Part shown: piece by piece, positions 1 through 8,179 of the stretch | Position numbering within the stretch: the stretch's first letter is position 1 | How the letters are laid out: every line of letters begins with the position of its first letter | Origin: a virus | Lineage: Duplodnaviria; Heunggongvirae; Uroviricota; Caudoviricetes | Length of the DNA stretch: 14,736 bases | IMG/VR virus record: IMGVR_UViG_2609459797_000002 | Strand: one strand, 5' to 3' | The notes under the pieces: model-generated | What the model was told of the DNA's origin: nothing | The model's database searches: none | Seen by the model: the letters and a program-made list of their open reading frames with translations, nothing else | Translations under genes and position numbers: made by a program

Positions 1-851
1 TTTTCAAATTGTTCCGGACTGAGGCCGCCACACCAACTGTGCCGCCGCCACCGATTGTAATCACATTCGATATAATTAAACACCGTTGCCCGCATTATTT
101 CCCGGCTGATAAAGTGTTCTCCATGGATACATTCCACTTTCAGCGAATGAAAGAAGCTTTCCACGCAGGCATTATCGTAGCAGCAACCTTTTGCGCTCAT
201 ACTTCCACGCAGATTATGCCGCTTCAGTTGCGCCTGATAATCTGCTGAACAGTACTGGCCTCCACGGTCCGTGTGAACGATAACGTTCCGGGGCCTCTTA
301 CGCCGCCATAGCGCCATCTGCAGGGCATCGCAGGCCAGTTGCGCCGTCATGCGTGGCGACATTGACCAGCCAATAACGGCACGTGACCACAGGTCAATGA
401 CCACTGCCAGATACAGCCAGCCTTCATCTGTACGTAAGTACGTGATGTCTCCTGCCCACTTCTGGTTCGGGCCACTGGCGTAAAAATCCTGCTCCAACAG
501 ATTTTCTGACACAGGCAGGCCGTGTGCGCGGTAGCTGACCGGGCTGAACTTCCGGGAGGCCTTTGCCCTCAGTCCCTGACGGCGCAGGCTTGCCGCCACG
601 GTTTTTACGTTAAAGGGGTAACCCTGAGCACGCAGTTCATCCGTCAGGCGTGGGGCACCGTAACGCTGTTTTGACCGGGTAAAAGCCGCGAGGACAACGC
701 TGTCGCAGTGTTGGCGGAACTGCTGACGCGTGCTTATCCTTGTCCGCCGCTGACACCACGTATACCAGCCGCTGCGGGCCACCCGGAGCACGCGGCACAT
801 TGCTTTGATGCTGAACTCAGCCTGATGTTTTTCAATAAAGACATACTTCAT
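1..851 (-). CDS. insF: IS3 transposase OrfB (InsF-like, DDE/rve), 3' end truncated by window edge
   Basis: Hand translation of the minus strand gives [36 protein letters not shown]...[20 protein letters not shown]...[19 protein letters not shown], running off position 1. ATG at 851-849 overlaps the orfA stop. Missing from the ORF track because no stop lies inside the window. Confidence 0.85.
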
Positions 852-1147
852 TTCAGGCGCTTCGCGAAGTATGTCGCGGCCTTTTGGAGGATAGCCAGCT
901 CTTCATCCCGTTCTGCCAGCTGGCGTTTGAGACGTGCAATCTCGGTAGACATCTCCAGTTCACGTTCAGAAGACGTCTGCTGATTTTGCTGTTTACTGCG
1001 CCAGTTGTAGAGTTGTGATTCATACAGGCTGAGTTCACGGGCTGCGGCAGTAACACCGATGCGTTCAGCAAGCTTCAGGGCTTCACTGCGAAATTCAGGC
1101 GAATGCTGTTTACGGGGTTTTTTACTGGTTGATACTGTTTTTGTCAT
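848..1147 (-). CDS. insE: IS3 transposase OrfA (InsE-like, HTH)
   Basis: Track ORF 848..1156; the likely real start is the ATG at 1147 ([31 protein letters not shown]...), preceded by AGGTGA. Sequence recognised as IS3 OrfA from memory. Confidence 0.9.
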
Positions 1148-1231
1148 GTGAGTCACCTCTGACTGAGAGTTTACTCACTTAGCCGCGTGTCCACTATTGC
1201 TGTGTAAGATCAAATCTCATCGGAAGAGGGG

Positions 1232-1423
1232 ATGACGACACAGCAGAAAAAAGAAATGGCTGCATTGGTACAGAAGCAAATTGAAAGCCTCAGGGCTCAA
1301 CTGGAGCAGTTGTTAAGGCAGCAGGCAGAGAAAAAGAATAAAGACGCGACAGTTCAGCCTGATAAAAAAGAAGAGAAAAAAGACGATACAAATACCGCTG
1401 GCACCATTGATATTTACGTCTAA
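1232..1423 (+). CDS. hypothetical small protein (63 aa), coiled-coil N-terminus and K/E-rich tail
   Basis: ATG at 1232 preceded by a strong SD (GGAAGAGGGG); followed by an intrinsic terminator at 1438-1460. Protein MTTQQKKEMAALVQKQIESLRAQLEQLLRQQAEKKNKD... Family not recognised. Confidence 0.5.
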   Translation: MTTQQKKEMAALVQKQIESLRAQLEQLLRQQAEKKNKDATVQPDKKEEKKDDTNTAGTIDIYV

Positions 1424-1437
1424 GTGACAGCCGTATT

Positions 1438-1460
1438 GTGGCCCTCATCGGGCCACTTTT
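1438..1460 (+). terminator. rho-independent terminator
   Basis: GTGGCCC-TCATC-GGGCCAC stem-loop followed by TTTT, 15 nt after the stop of the 1232..1423 ORF. Confidence 0.7.
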
Positions 1461-1799
1461 CGCCATCAGCCTTTTCTTTAAAGACATATTATCTTTGTAT
1501 CATTTCTGATAGTTAACATTACAAGATATAAGTAATGGACGCACTCCCAATTAGTCTATTTAAATCGCCACGAGTTTAACTGACAACCCATGATCAATTA
1601 TGAATTGCAACTATTTCTGTAGTCACTTTTGTGGGGACAGTCCACAAAACTGCCAACTTCCGCTTCTTGCTCTTAGCGGACATTAGCATAGGCTATTTAC
1701 CATAACGCCTCATTACGCGCACCGCCCAGACTGACTCAGCGCGTTTCTGGCATATCCCCGGTAAAACAAGTAACAAACCACCCGAAAATGAACACCAGA

Positions 1800-3260
1800 A
1801 ACGCGACTTAAGAATCTACCCTATGAATGGATATGCACTCAACCGAATCGATCTTGGTTTCAATCTTTTTTATCGGGATCAGGCTTCTTTTTAGGTAACT
1901 TCGGGGGCTTAACTTGCTGATGACTTTGCGTTCGGCGCGTAAGCCAGGGATGGTCAGCTTTAGGTTTAACATAGTATTTTGAGCGTAAATCAATACGGGC
2001 ATTATCCACTCGTTCATGGACACTCTTTTCATCATCCAGTGGTATAGGCTCCGGGCCATCAACATACTTTTCCCAGCCCAGCGCTTTCCCGTCATACAGA
2101 ACGTTAATTTCACCGTCAAAGTTCTCGCATACAGTAACAACCGAATGCCTAAGTCGATATCCCCGGCCCTCACTGCGTACCTGAAACGCACTGCTTTTGT
2201 ACTGGAAAGTGAGATTTTTAGACAGAACGCGCTTCGCCTGTAGGCTGAAGATATAACCCAGTTCCTCTTCAGAATGGTGCACATCAAGATGAGCATTATC
2301 AGTAGTACGAGGCGACGTAGCGAACCGGTTGTTATAGGCTTCAATAAAGGTCGGCAACCATGCATTTGCTGTTTCAATATCACTGATATTCTGAAGCCGC
2401 ATTTCTTTGACCAGCCTGTCCTGTAGTGTCTGATTGGCGCGCTCTACCCGCCCTTTTGCCTGCGGGCTGTTGGCATGGATTGGCTCGATGCCCAGTGTCT
2501 TTATCGCACGAGTGAACTGGGTCAGCTCACCTTCCCGCTCTGGGTTATTTACCCTGAATATACTGTGTCTATCAGAGTAGAGAGCGAGCGGTACGCCATG
2601 ATCATTAAGGTAACCCCGGAGGGTTTCCATGTAAGCCCGGGTTGTTTCAGCAGGCACAAAACGCAACGCCATCAACGCACTGGTGGCATCATCAATGAAA
2701 ACGATCAGTGTACATCTGGGGCCTCGATTTTCAAACCAGTCATGAGGTGAGCCATCAATCTGGATCAGTTCACCGTAAGATGGTCGTCGCATGCGGCGTT
2801 GATATATACGGGCAATTTTACGACGGCGTTCACGCCATACCCCCCTCTTCTATCATCCACTTTCTGAGAGTTTCAACGGATAAAGATAAACCGTGTATCT
2901 CGCGCAATTTTTCGCACGCAAACGTAGGTCCAAAATCAGCGTAACGGCCTTTGAGGAGTGAAATTACTGTTGCTCTGAATTCAGTAGAAAAGGAATTATT
3001 AGGACGCTTTCCACGTCGGTGGGAAACCAGACCAGAAGGCCCTTCATTTCTATACCGTTGCACCAGACGTTTAACCTGCCGAATAGAAATGCCAATGCGT
3101 GCCGCAGCTTGTTCCTGAGTAATATGTCGATTAATTGACTCCTGAATAATCTGAAGTCGGTGGAGTTCCTTATGACTCATCGTAACAGTTTCTTTGGTCA
3201 TGAAAAATCCCCCAGAGAATTGTCTGGGGACATTTTAGAATGGTTCAAAGGGGACATTAC
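1800..3260 (-). mobile_element. IS481/ISNCY-like insertion sequence (rve-type transposase); boundaries approximate, inverted repeats not resolved
   Basis: Contains one transposase gene split over two frames (2830..3201 and 1860..2792). Family assignment from the domain pattern HTH N-terminus plus ...GELIQIDGSPHDWFE...FIDDATS... DDE core. I could not locate the terminal inverted repeats by eye. Confidence 0.45.
1860..3201 (-). pseudogene. transposase (HTH + DDE integrase core), frameshifted within a C6 homopolymer at 2840-2845
   Basis: N-terminal frame ends ...LRKWMIEEGGMA* at 2830. The C-terminal frame is open from just downstream of the run (KRGVWRERRRKIARIYQRRMRRPSYGELIQIDGS...). Removing one C/G restores a continuous reading frame of about 445 aa. 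Confidence 0.7.
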
Positions 3261-3969
3261 AGCTTGGTGTTAACAATAGCCTGCTTCTCCTTGCCTTTCG
3301 GCACGTAAGAGGCTAACCTACATGTGTCTGGCATGAAATTGGCCTCAGATTAATGTTAAGCGTCTTGCAGGACGCGTAATGTTAACTGGGGCTTTTCTCT
3401 ACCTGCCGTTGGTGTTCGTGCCCGAGGCAGATAGCCTCAAGCACCCGCAGTCATTCTACTTAACTAAGATTTCCCCGCAAACCGTTTTTGTCCAGCACAG
3501 TAAATATCCAACTAAACCAATGGAGTTCGCTGTATTTACCGCCAGTATTCAATGCACATGACCGCCATGAACACCCCTAAAAAAAGGGCATTTATATATC
3601 CAAATATTAATATCAAAACATCAACTTTTTCCATATACCTTGCTGTGAAGATGATGGGCATACATGATGCGAACAACCAGAACGCAACAAACAAAAACTG
3701 CAATGCGTTTTTCATTATTCCTCCTACAATCAATGTGCAATTACATTTAAACACACCTCAATTTGGCCGGACATATAAATATCTAAACCAGAAAAAATCA
3801 CTTACATAGCGTTACAAACTCTTTAGTCTAAAGGTTCATCGTAAAACATTCCCCATACTTATCAGTCCGTTCCGCGCCAGGTAGCTCATTGCCTTATCTG
3901 GCAACCTGTAATCAGGTTTCCGCTTTTTCAGTTGGCTGGTCGTTTAACCGACATAGTTAACCCATTAAT

Positions 3970-4257
3970 CTAGTTGCCGGATGTTGGTGGATTTTCGCGT
4001 TTTAGTTGTTCATAAAAGTGCACAGCTTTAACCAATTCTTCTGATGTAACCGGGACTGGTGAGGCAGTGAATAAGGCCTGAATTTGATAGTTCGGCCTGT
4101 CGTTACAATCCTCTTTTTTCGGTACATATTTCCAGTCACCAGACCACTACTTCCCCTGAAAGTCCGTAACGCCTTTTTTCACGTAGCGATATCGCCATGT
4201 CACTGGTTTTGCTTGCCCCGCCGTTTCATGCCCTTCCTGATAATTAATCTCGCTCAT
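3970..4257 (-). pseudogene. small ORF (about 95 codons) interrupted by an in-frame TAG at 4147-4149; function unknown
   Basis: Hand translation: MSEINYQEGHETAGQAKPVTWRYRYVKKGVTDFQGK*WSGDWKYVPKKEDCNDRPNYQIQALFTASPVPVTSEELVKAVHFYEQLKRENPPTSGN*. SD-like GGGG upstream of the ATG. Same orientation as the early operon. Confidence 0.3.
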
Positions 4258-4319
4258 TCATCGCCCCACTCATCACAATATGCTTCGACCGGAGTTTTTC
4301 CCGCTTCATAGTCATCACG

Positions 4320-4445
4320 CTAGGATTCGACATCAGCAGCACTTCCACCGCGTAACTCACCATAGTCCATTAATAGTTCATCCCGCTCTTCAAAACTGAT
4401 GTTATATTTAGCTGAACAAAAATCAGCCACTTTGTTCTTCCTCAT
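4320..4445 (-). CDS. possible small protein (41 aa), hypothetical
   Basis: Hand translation MRKNKVADFCSAKYNISFEERDELLMDYGELRGGSAADVES. Weak SD. Below the ORF-track length cutoff. Confidence 0.25.
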   Translation of the reverse strand: MRKNKVADFCSAKYNISFEERDELLMDYGELRGGSAADVES

Positions 4446-4494
4446 CGTCTTTTATTTCGTGGTATGAGTAATTGCAGTAGTTAAAGAAAATTTC

Positions 4495-4605
4495 TTATGC
4501 TCCGTCATGAATTTCATCAGGTGTTGCGTCATCGTCCACTTCGAATACATCCTCAAAATCTCCACCAGCTATTCCCGTTTCAATAATAATTTTGAACTTT
4601 CGCAT
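4495..4605 (-). CDS. possible small acidic protein (36 aa), hypothetical
   Basis: Hand translation MRKFKIIIETGIAGGDFEDVFEVDDDATPDEIHDGA. On the minus strand it is preceded by AGGAGG, then a GCCGCCC-GAAA-GGGCGG hairpin (GNRA loop), then ATG. Confidence 0.3.
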   Translation of the reverse strand: MRKFKIIIETGIAGGDFEDVFEVDDDATPDEIHDGA

Positions 4606-4867
4606 TTCACTACCGCCCTTTCGGGCGGCCTCCTGATGTTCTGAGGGTGCAGAAATCCATCCGGTTAAGGATTAAGTTTTATTTACAGAACTGAATTTAA
4701 TTATTCAGATATACGTATCTGTAACCTTACGAATCTACTCACTGGATGCCTCTTTCATAAAAATAGTCCAGTGGGTTTTATCGTTTTTTCCCTGTTCGTT
4801 GACAGATAACAGGCTTTCTATCTGTCAGTGCCAGAATCTGGCTTACCGGTATTTGCGTTTCATTCCA

Positions 4868-5224
4868 TTAAAAAATCAGAACGCCGTGCGGCCTCAACAC
4901 CCGAAAAGCTTCTTTAAATCTCTGTCGCAAATCATCACGCCAGGCATCTTTATTCAGCCGTCCATATTTCTTTCCCATCCAGGCGTTATCACCAACACGC
5001 TCAAGATGCGGAGGGTCTAATACAACCATCGAAAAAGATGCGTCTGCAAATGATAATGCACGAAAATCTGCGATAATGTCAGGGCTGATAATCAAGCGTC
5101 TCCCATTGCGTAATGTGTATCCTTCTTTTCTGATATCGCTGAATATCGCCCGTTTGTCAGACTTATCGAACCAGAACATGCGGCTGCCACAGCACATATC
5201 AAGAATGGTTGCCGGTGCACTCAC
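4868..5224 (-). CDS. SAM-dependent methyltransferase-like protein (118 aa), probably truncated
   Basis: Glycine-rich motif ILDMCCGSR, then an acidic residue (FSDIR), then VVLDPPH, resembling motif I followed by motif IV (D/N-P-P-Y/H) of amino-methyltransferases. Too short for a full catalytic domain. GTG start overlaps the upstream stop (GTGA). Confidence 0.5.
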   Translation of the reverse strand: MSAPATILDMCCGSRMFWFDKSDKRAIFSDIRKEGYTLRNGRRLIISPDIIADFRALSFADASFSMVVLDPPHLERVGDNAWMGKKYGRLNKDAWRDDLRQRFKEAFRVLRPHGVLIF

Positions 5225-5643
5225 TGCGCCACGTCCTGAAAATTACCCTGATAGAAAGCCAGTATGCGCTGCATAACTTCGCTCTTCCGGCACTCGCGAC
5301 AGATTATGTTTAGGCGACTGTCGTAGCGACGTATTTCTCCGTCAGGTGATGACCAGATAAGGTCCGGATCAACCACAGCAGGTTTCTTCACCTTTGCCCT
5401 CGAGAGTTTTTTGCGGGCGTTTTGCCAGTCCTTACGCGCCTGTTCAGAGGGGAATAACCCGTAGCCGGAGTTGTATACATCGCCACTGGCTACCAGCTCT
5501 CTGGCAAGAACGCTCATCAGATATCTAGTCGCACCTGTTTTAGCTTCCAGTTGCCGTAACGTCTCACGGCCGCTCTGGCGCACGAGTTCCACCACCTGCC
5601 ATTTAATTTTTTCCCGCTCTTCTTGTGTAAAAACTTTTGCCAC
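5221..5643 (-). CDS. hypothetical phage early protein (140 aa)
   Basis: Strong SD (AAGGGGGA) before a GTG start; translationally coupled to the downstream ORF. Basic protein MAKVFTQEEREKIKWQVVELVRQSGRETLRQLEAKTGATRYL...; family not recognised. Confidence 0.65.
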   Translation of the reverse strand: MAKVFTQEEREKIKWQVVELVRQSGRETLRQLEAKTGATRYLMSVLARELVASGDVYNSGYGLFPSEQARKDWQNARKKLSRAKVKKPAVVDPDLIWSSPDGEIRRYDSRLNIICRECRKSEVMQRILAFYQGNFQDVAQ

Positions 5644-5683
5644 CAGTCCCCCTTAAAATTACCTCATGACCTGAAATCAACAC

Positions 5684-6649
5684 TTATCCTCTGAAACCAG
5701 GCGGAATTTCTGTATCCGGTTCAGAAATATGATTAACACAACGCTGTACAGGTGAACGTCCCAGGCGGATGACCAGTTCGTCCCATTTTTCGCGGAGCTT
5801 TGACGGGCTCATGATGTTTTTTACCCAGAATGGATCTCGCTGAACCCGACCAAACATTTCGCAAATTTGTCTGTGGCTTCTGCCATCCAGCATCCGCATT
5901 GTGCGCACGTCATTGGCCCAGGCAGTCCAGTTAGGCTCTTTTGGTCGCATGATCTCGCCATCATCACTGGCTGCCTGTTCGTAGAGACCCACGATCCGCC
6001 CCCAGATCCACTGCGCACACGCCAAATCCTCCCTGCTACCCCACTGGCGTTTTTTCGCACTAAACACAACCGCGTCGGAGTTCCGGGTTAAAGAATCCTG
6101 TTCAGTCGTCTGCGGGTCCGGTTGCGAAGCTTCCGGACGAAAAGTGTTTTTATTCTCTGTAGTAATCTCTGTTGTATTCTCTGTAAGATCATCAGGCCAT
6201 TTTGACCCGATGACATTGGGTCGTTTTGAACCAATGGAGCGTTTCATTTTGACCTCTTCCATCGTGTCATTTTGACCTGATGGAGCGGCGCATTTTGAAC
6301 CGATGGATTCGCTCAATTTGCCACCATCTAAAAGCTCGCTCCCATAGTTGATCGTGTAGAAATTGGTCATATCGCGCTTTGATTTATTGAGCTTTTCACA
6401 ACGCAAAAGCCCCAGCGTTTTCAGACTTGCAAACGCGCGCTTTAACGTTGACTCTGACCAGAATGGGAACTGTTCCAGCCATTGTTCCGTTGTGTTATAA
6501 ATCCAGCGAACACCATCACATTCCATGCCGGAGTTGGTATCTCTCAACCAGTAGTGCAGTTGTTGCAAAACAATGGCTTCGTTTAAGCCAATTTTCATTG
6601 CCAGCTGCGTGTTTATAACCAGTGGGCGTTCAGCAAAAAGAAGGCTCAT
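5684..6649 (-). CDS. phage replication initiation protein with DnaT-like (primosomal protein I) C-terminal domain
   Basis: Track ORF 5684..6703 starts at TTG; I chose the internal ATG at 6649 (MSLLFAERPLV...). The N-terminal part resembles phage replisome-organiser HTH domains. The C-terminus ...VNHISEPDTEIPPGFRG closely matches the E. coli DnaT C-terminus (...SEPDSQIPPGFRG) as I recall it. Confidence 0.8.
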   Translation of the reverse strand: MSLLFAERPLVINTQLAMKIGLNEAIVLQQLHYWLRDTNSGMECDGVRWIYNTTEQWLEQFPFWSESTLKRAFASLKTLGLLRCEKLNKSKRDMTNFYTINYGSELLDGGKLSESIGSKCAAPSGQNDTMEEVKMKRSIGSKRPNVIGSKWPDDLTENTTEITTENKNTFRPEASQPDPQTTEQDSLTRNSDAVVFSAKKRQWGSREDLACAQWIWGRIVGLYEQAASDDGEIMRPKEPNWTAWANDVRTMRMLDGRSHRQICEMFGRVQRDPFWVKNIMSPSKLREKWDELVIRLGRSPVQRCVNHISEPDTEIPPGFRG

Positions 6650-7151
6650 AATTCCATCCAGCTTTTTGTTGGTATTGCTGTCGATACGCAAGCTTGAAAG
6701 CAATTGCTTTTTCTATAAGTTCGTCAGTTTCACGATCCACTACGGCAGGATCAGCAAAAAGCAGTCCGGACTCCACCACATCGCCATATTCTTTGTTTAA
6801 CCCGGCGATCATGCACGTGATGCTTTTTCCGTCAGTAATTTCACGATACAACCTGAAATCACTAATCCGGATAGCCTCCATAATCGCAGGCACTAGCGCC
6901 GTGAACTTTTCACGCTTATCCCTGGTGTCGATAGCCTTCCAGCGTTCGAATATCTTCACTCGATTAACACCAAGCGCTCGCTGATCAACCGCGCCACCTT
7001 CATCTGTGACACGCTGAACATCGATGTTCGGGCGCTCTTTCAAAGCCCAGAATGCTTCAGTGATTAATATCGTCGCCTGCTCCTGTGTCATTCCTGGTCG
7101 ACATATCCAGGCATCCAGAGCCTCACGAGCCTGTTCAGGAGTGATTTTCAT
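6630..7151 (-). CDS. phage early-region protein (173 aa), possibly YdaT/CII-like regulator
   Basis: ATG at 7151 preceded by GGGGTGG; overlaps the dicC stop by 17 nt. It sits where lambdoid and Rac-type phages have the cII/ydaT gene. Family assignment is by recollection only. Confidence 0.65.
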   Translation of the reverse strand: MKITPEQAREALDAWICRPGMTQEQATILITEAFWALKERPNIDVQRVTDEGGAVDQRALGVNRVKIFERWKAIDTRDKREKFTALVPAIMEAIRISDFRLYREITDGKSITCMIAGLNKEYGDVVESGLLFADPAVVDRETDELIEKAIAFKLAYRQQYQQKAGWNYEPSFC

Positions 7152-7365
7152 TGTTCAACCACCCCGCCCGCTTCGTCTTACGATATTCATCATAAACTTT
7201 GGGATCATACTGAAGCTCCCCGCCAGATGCCTCCTGTAGACGCATCGCGCGACCTTCGGGAACTAAATCCCCTTTCCAGCTATAAAGCGAAGCCAAACGA
7301 ATACCTGCTGCTTGTGCAAGTTTTGTTTTTGAACCGAAATACAAAAGAGCGTCAGTTTTAAGCAT
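7135..7365 (-). CDS. dicC: DicC, Cro-like repressor of the division-inhibition operon
   Basis: 76-aa protein MLKTDALLYFGSKTKLAQAAGIRLASLYSWKGDLVPEGRAMRLQEASGG... recognised as K-12 DicC. Divergent from dicA; SD AAGGTG. Confidence 0.85.
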   Translation of the reverse strand: MLKTDALLYFGSKTKLAQAAGIRLASLYSWKGDLVPEGRAMRLQEASGGELQYDPKVYDEYRKTKRAGWLNNENHS

Positions 7366-7448
7366 TTAAAACACCTTTATTGTTAGTCATAACTAACAAG
7401 ATAGATGTTAACAAAAACATAGTCAATACGATTTAGCATTAGCTAACT
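7366..7448. promoter_or_regulatory. dicC/dicA divergent promoter-operator region
   Basis: Perfect-arm palindrome TGTTAGT-CATA-ACTAACA at 7381-7398 and TTAGC-ATTA-GCTAA at 7433-7446, the latter abutting the dicA ATG. dicA has no recognisable SD. Confidence 0.65.
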
Positions 7449-7856
7449 ATGGAAACAAAAAATTTAACTATCGGCGAACGCATCAGGTATCGTCGGAAAA
7501 ACCTCAAACACACCCAAAGGTCTCTTGCTAAAGCCCTGAAAATCTCCCATGTGTCTGTATCACAATGGGAACGGGGTGATAGTGAACCTACAGGGAAGAA
7601 CCTTTTTGCCCTCAGCAAAGTATTGCAATGCTCACCAACATGGATTCTATTTGGCGATGAAGACAAGCAACCAACACCACCTGTTGAGAAGCCAGTTGCC
7701 TTATCCCCCAAAGAACTAGAGCTCCTTGAGCTGTTTAATGCACTGCCAGAATCAGAACAGGATACCCAGCTCGCCGAAATGCGAGCTCGAGTAAAAAACT
7801 TCAATAAACTCTTTGAAGAATTACTAAAAGCCCGTCAGCGGACAAATAAAAGATAA
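7449..7856 (+). CDS. dicA: DicA, HTH-XRE (P22 C2-like) repressor
   Basis: 135-aa protein METKNLTIGERIRYRRKNLKHTQRSLAKALKISHVSVSQWERGDSEPTG... recognised as K-12 DicA; N-terminal HTH. Confidence 0.9.
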   Translation: METKNLTIGERIRYRRKNLKHTQRSLAKALKISHVSVSQWERGDSEPTGKNLFALSKVLQCSPTWILFGDEDKQPTPPVEKPVALSPKELELLELFNALPESEQDTQLAEMRARVKNFNKLFEELLKARQRTNKR

Positions 7857-8022
7857 CATCATCAATGAGTTATCTTTTACCACATCAATTATGTTAGCTA
7901 TAGCATACAAAATCACTTGACCGATATGTTAGTCATGGCTAATCTTGTTTGCATCAACACACCGCACGGTGTTCTCAGCAAACAGTTCCGCTACCCCAGC
8001 GTTAAGGGGAAATGAGGTCCGC
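7857..8022 (+). promoter_or_regulatory. promoter/operator region of the ydfABC-dicF-dicB operon
   Basis: Operator-like imperfect palindromes TGTTAGCTATAGCATACA (7892-7909) and TGTTAGTCATGGCTAA (7927-7942). Candidate -35 TTGACC (7917-7922) and -10 TAATCT (7940-7945) with 17-nt spacing, overlapped by the second operator. Confidence 0.55.
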
Positions 8023-8178
8023 ATGGATACTATCGATCTTGGCAACAACGAATCTCTGGTGTACGGCGTGTTTCCAAACCAGGACGGTACGTTCACCGCG
8101 ATGACGTATACCAAAAGCAAAACGTTTAAAACCGAAAATGGTGCCCGTCGCTGGCTGGAAAGAAACTCAGGTGAGTGA
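8023..8178 (+). CDS. ydfA: YdfA-like small protein (51 aa)
   Basis: ATG at 8023 (MDTIDLGNNESLVYGVFPNQDGTFTAMTYTKSKTFK...). The track ORF starts earlier at a TTG. Matches Qin ydfA in position and by recollection. Confidence 0.75.
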   Translation: MDTIDLGNNESLVYGVFPNQDGTFTAMTYTKSKTFKTENGARRWLERNSGE

Positions 8179-8179
8179 T

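Larger units (their letters stand above)
1..1212 (-). mobile_element. IS3 insertion sequence, partial: right end lies beyond the window start; left terminus at 1212
   Basis: Minus strand encodes IS3 OrfA and OrfB with the ATGA stop/start overlap. Terminal sequence read outward from 1212 is TGATCTTACACAGCAATAGTGGACACGCGGC, as I recall for the IS3 left end. IS3 is about 1258 bp by recollection, so the window starts roughly 46 bp inside the other end. Confidence 0.85.

Noticed and set aside
9-983. Plus-strand track ORFs 9..248 and 708..983
   Set aside because: They lie antisense to the IS3 transposase genes, whose minus-strand translations match IS3 OrfA/OrfB; no SD; they are read-through of the opposite strand.
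1627-1649. TTTTGTGG-GGACAGT-CCACAAAA hairpin as a possible terminus of the rve-type IS
   Set aside because: No matching inverted copy was found near the other side of the element (3200-3300); only a short shared GAATGG/TGGGGACA in direct orientation, which is insufficient to define IS ends.
1808-2944. Track ORFs 1808..2383(-), 2016..2243(+), 2475..2750(+), 2708..2944(+)
   Set aside because: Alternative frames or antisense of the rve-type transposase gene; no independent start signals.
3536-3754. 72-aa hydrophobic ORF on the minus strand (possible small membrane protein)
   Set aside because: GTG start immediately after an in-frame stop with no SD; hydrophobic composition is expected by chance in this AT-rich stretch. 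Not rejected outright, but too weak to call a gene.
4084-4311. Plus-strand 75-aa ORF
   Set aside because: No SD, odd composition, antisense to the minus-strand small-ORF series that shares orientation with the early operon.
4606-4628. CCGCCC-TTTC-GGGCGG hairpin as a possible terminator
   Set aside because: Not followed by a T/U-run on either strand; more likely an RNA structure near the small-ORF start than an intrinsic terminator.
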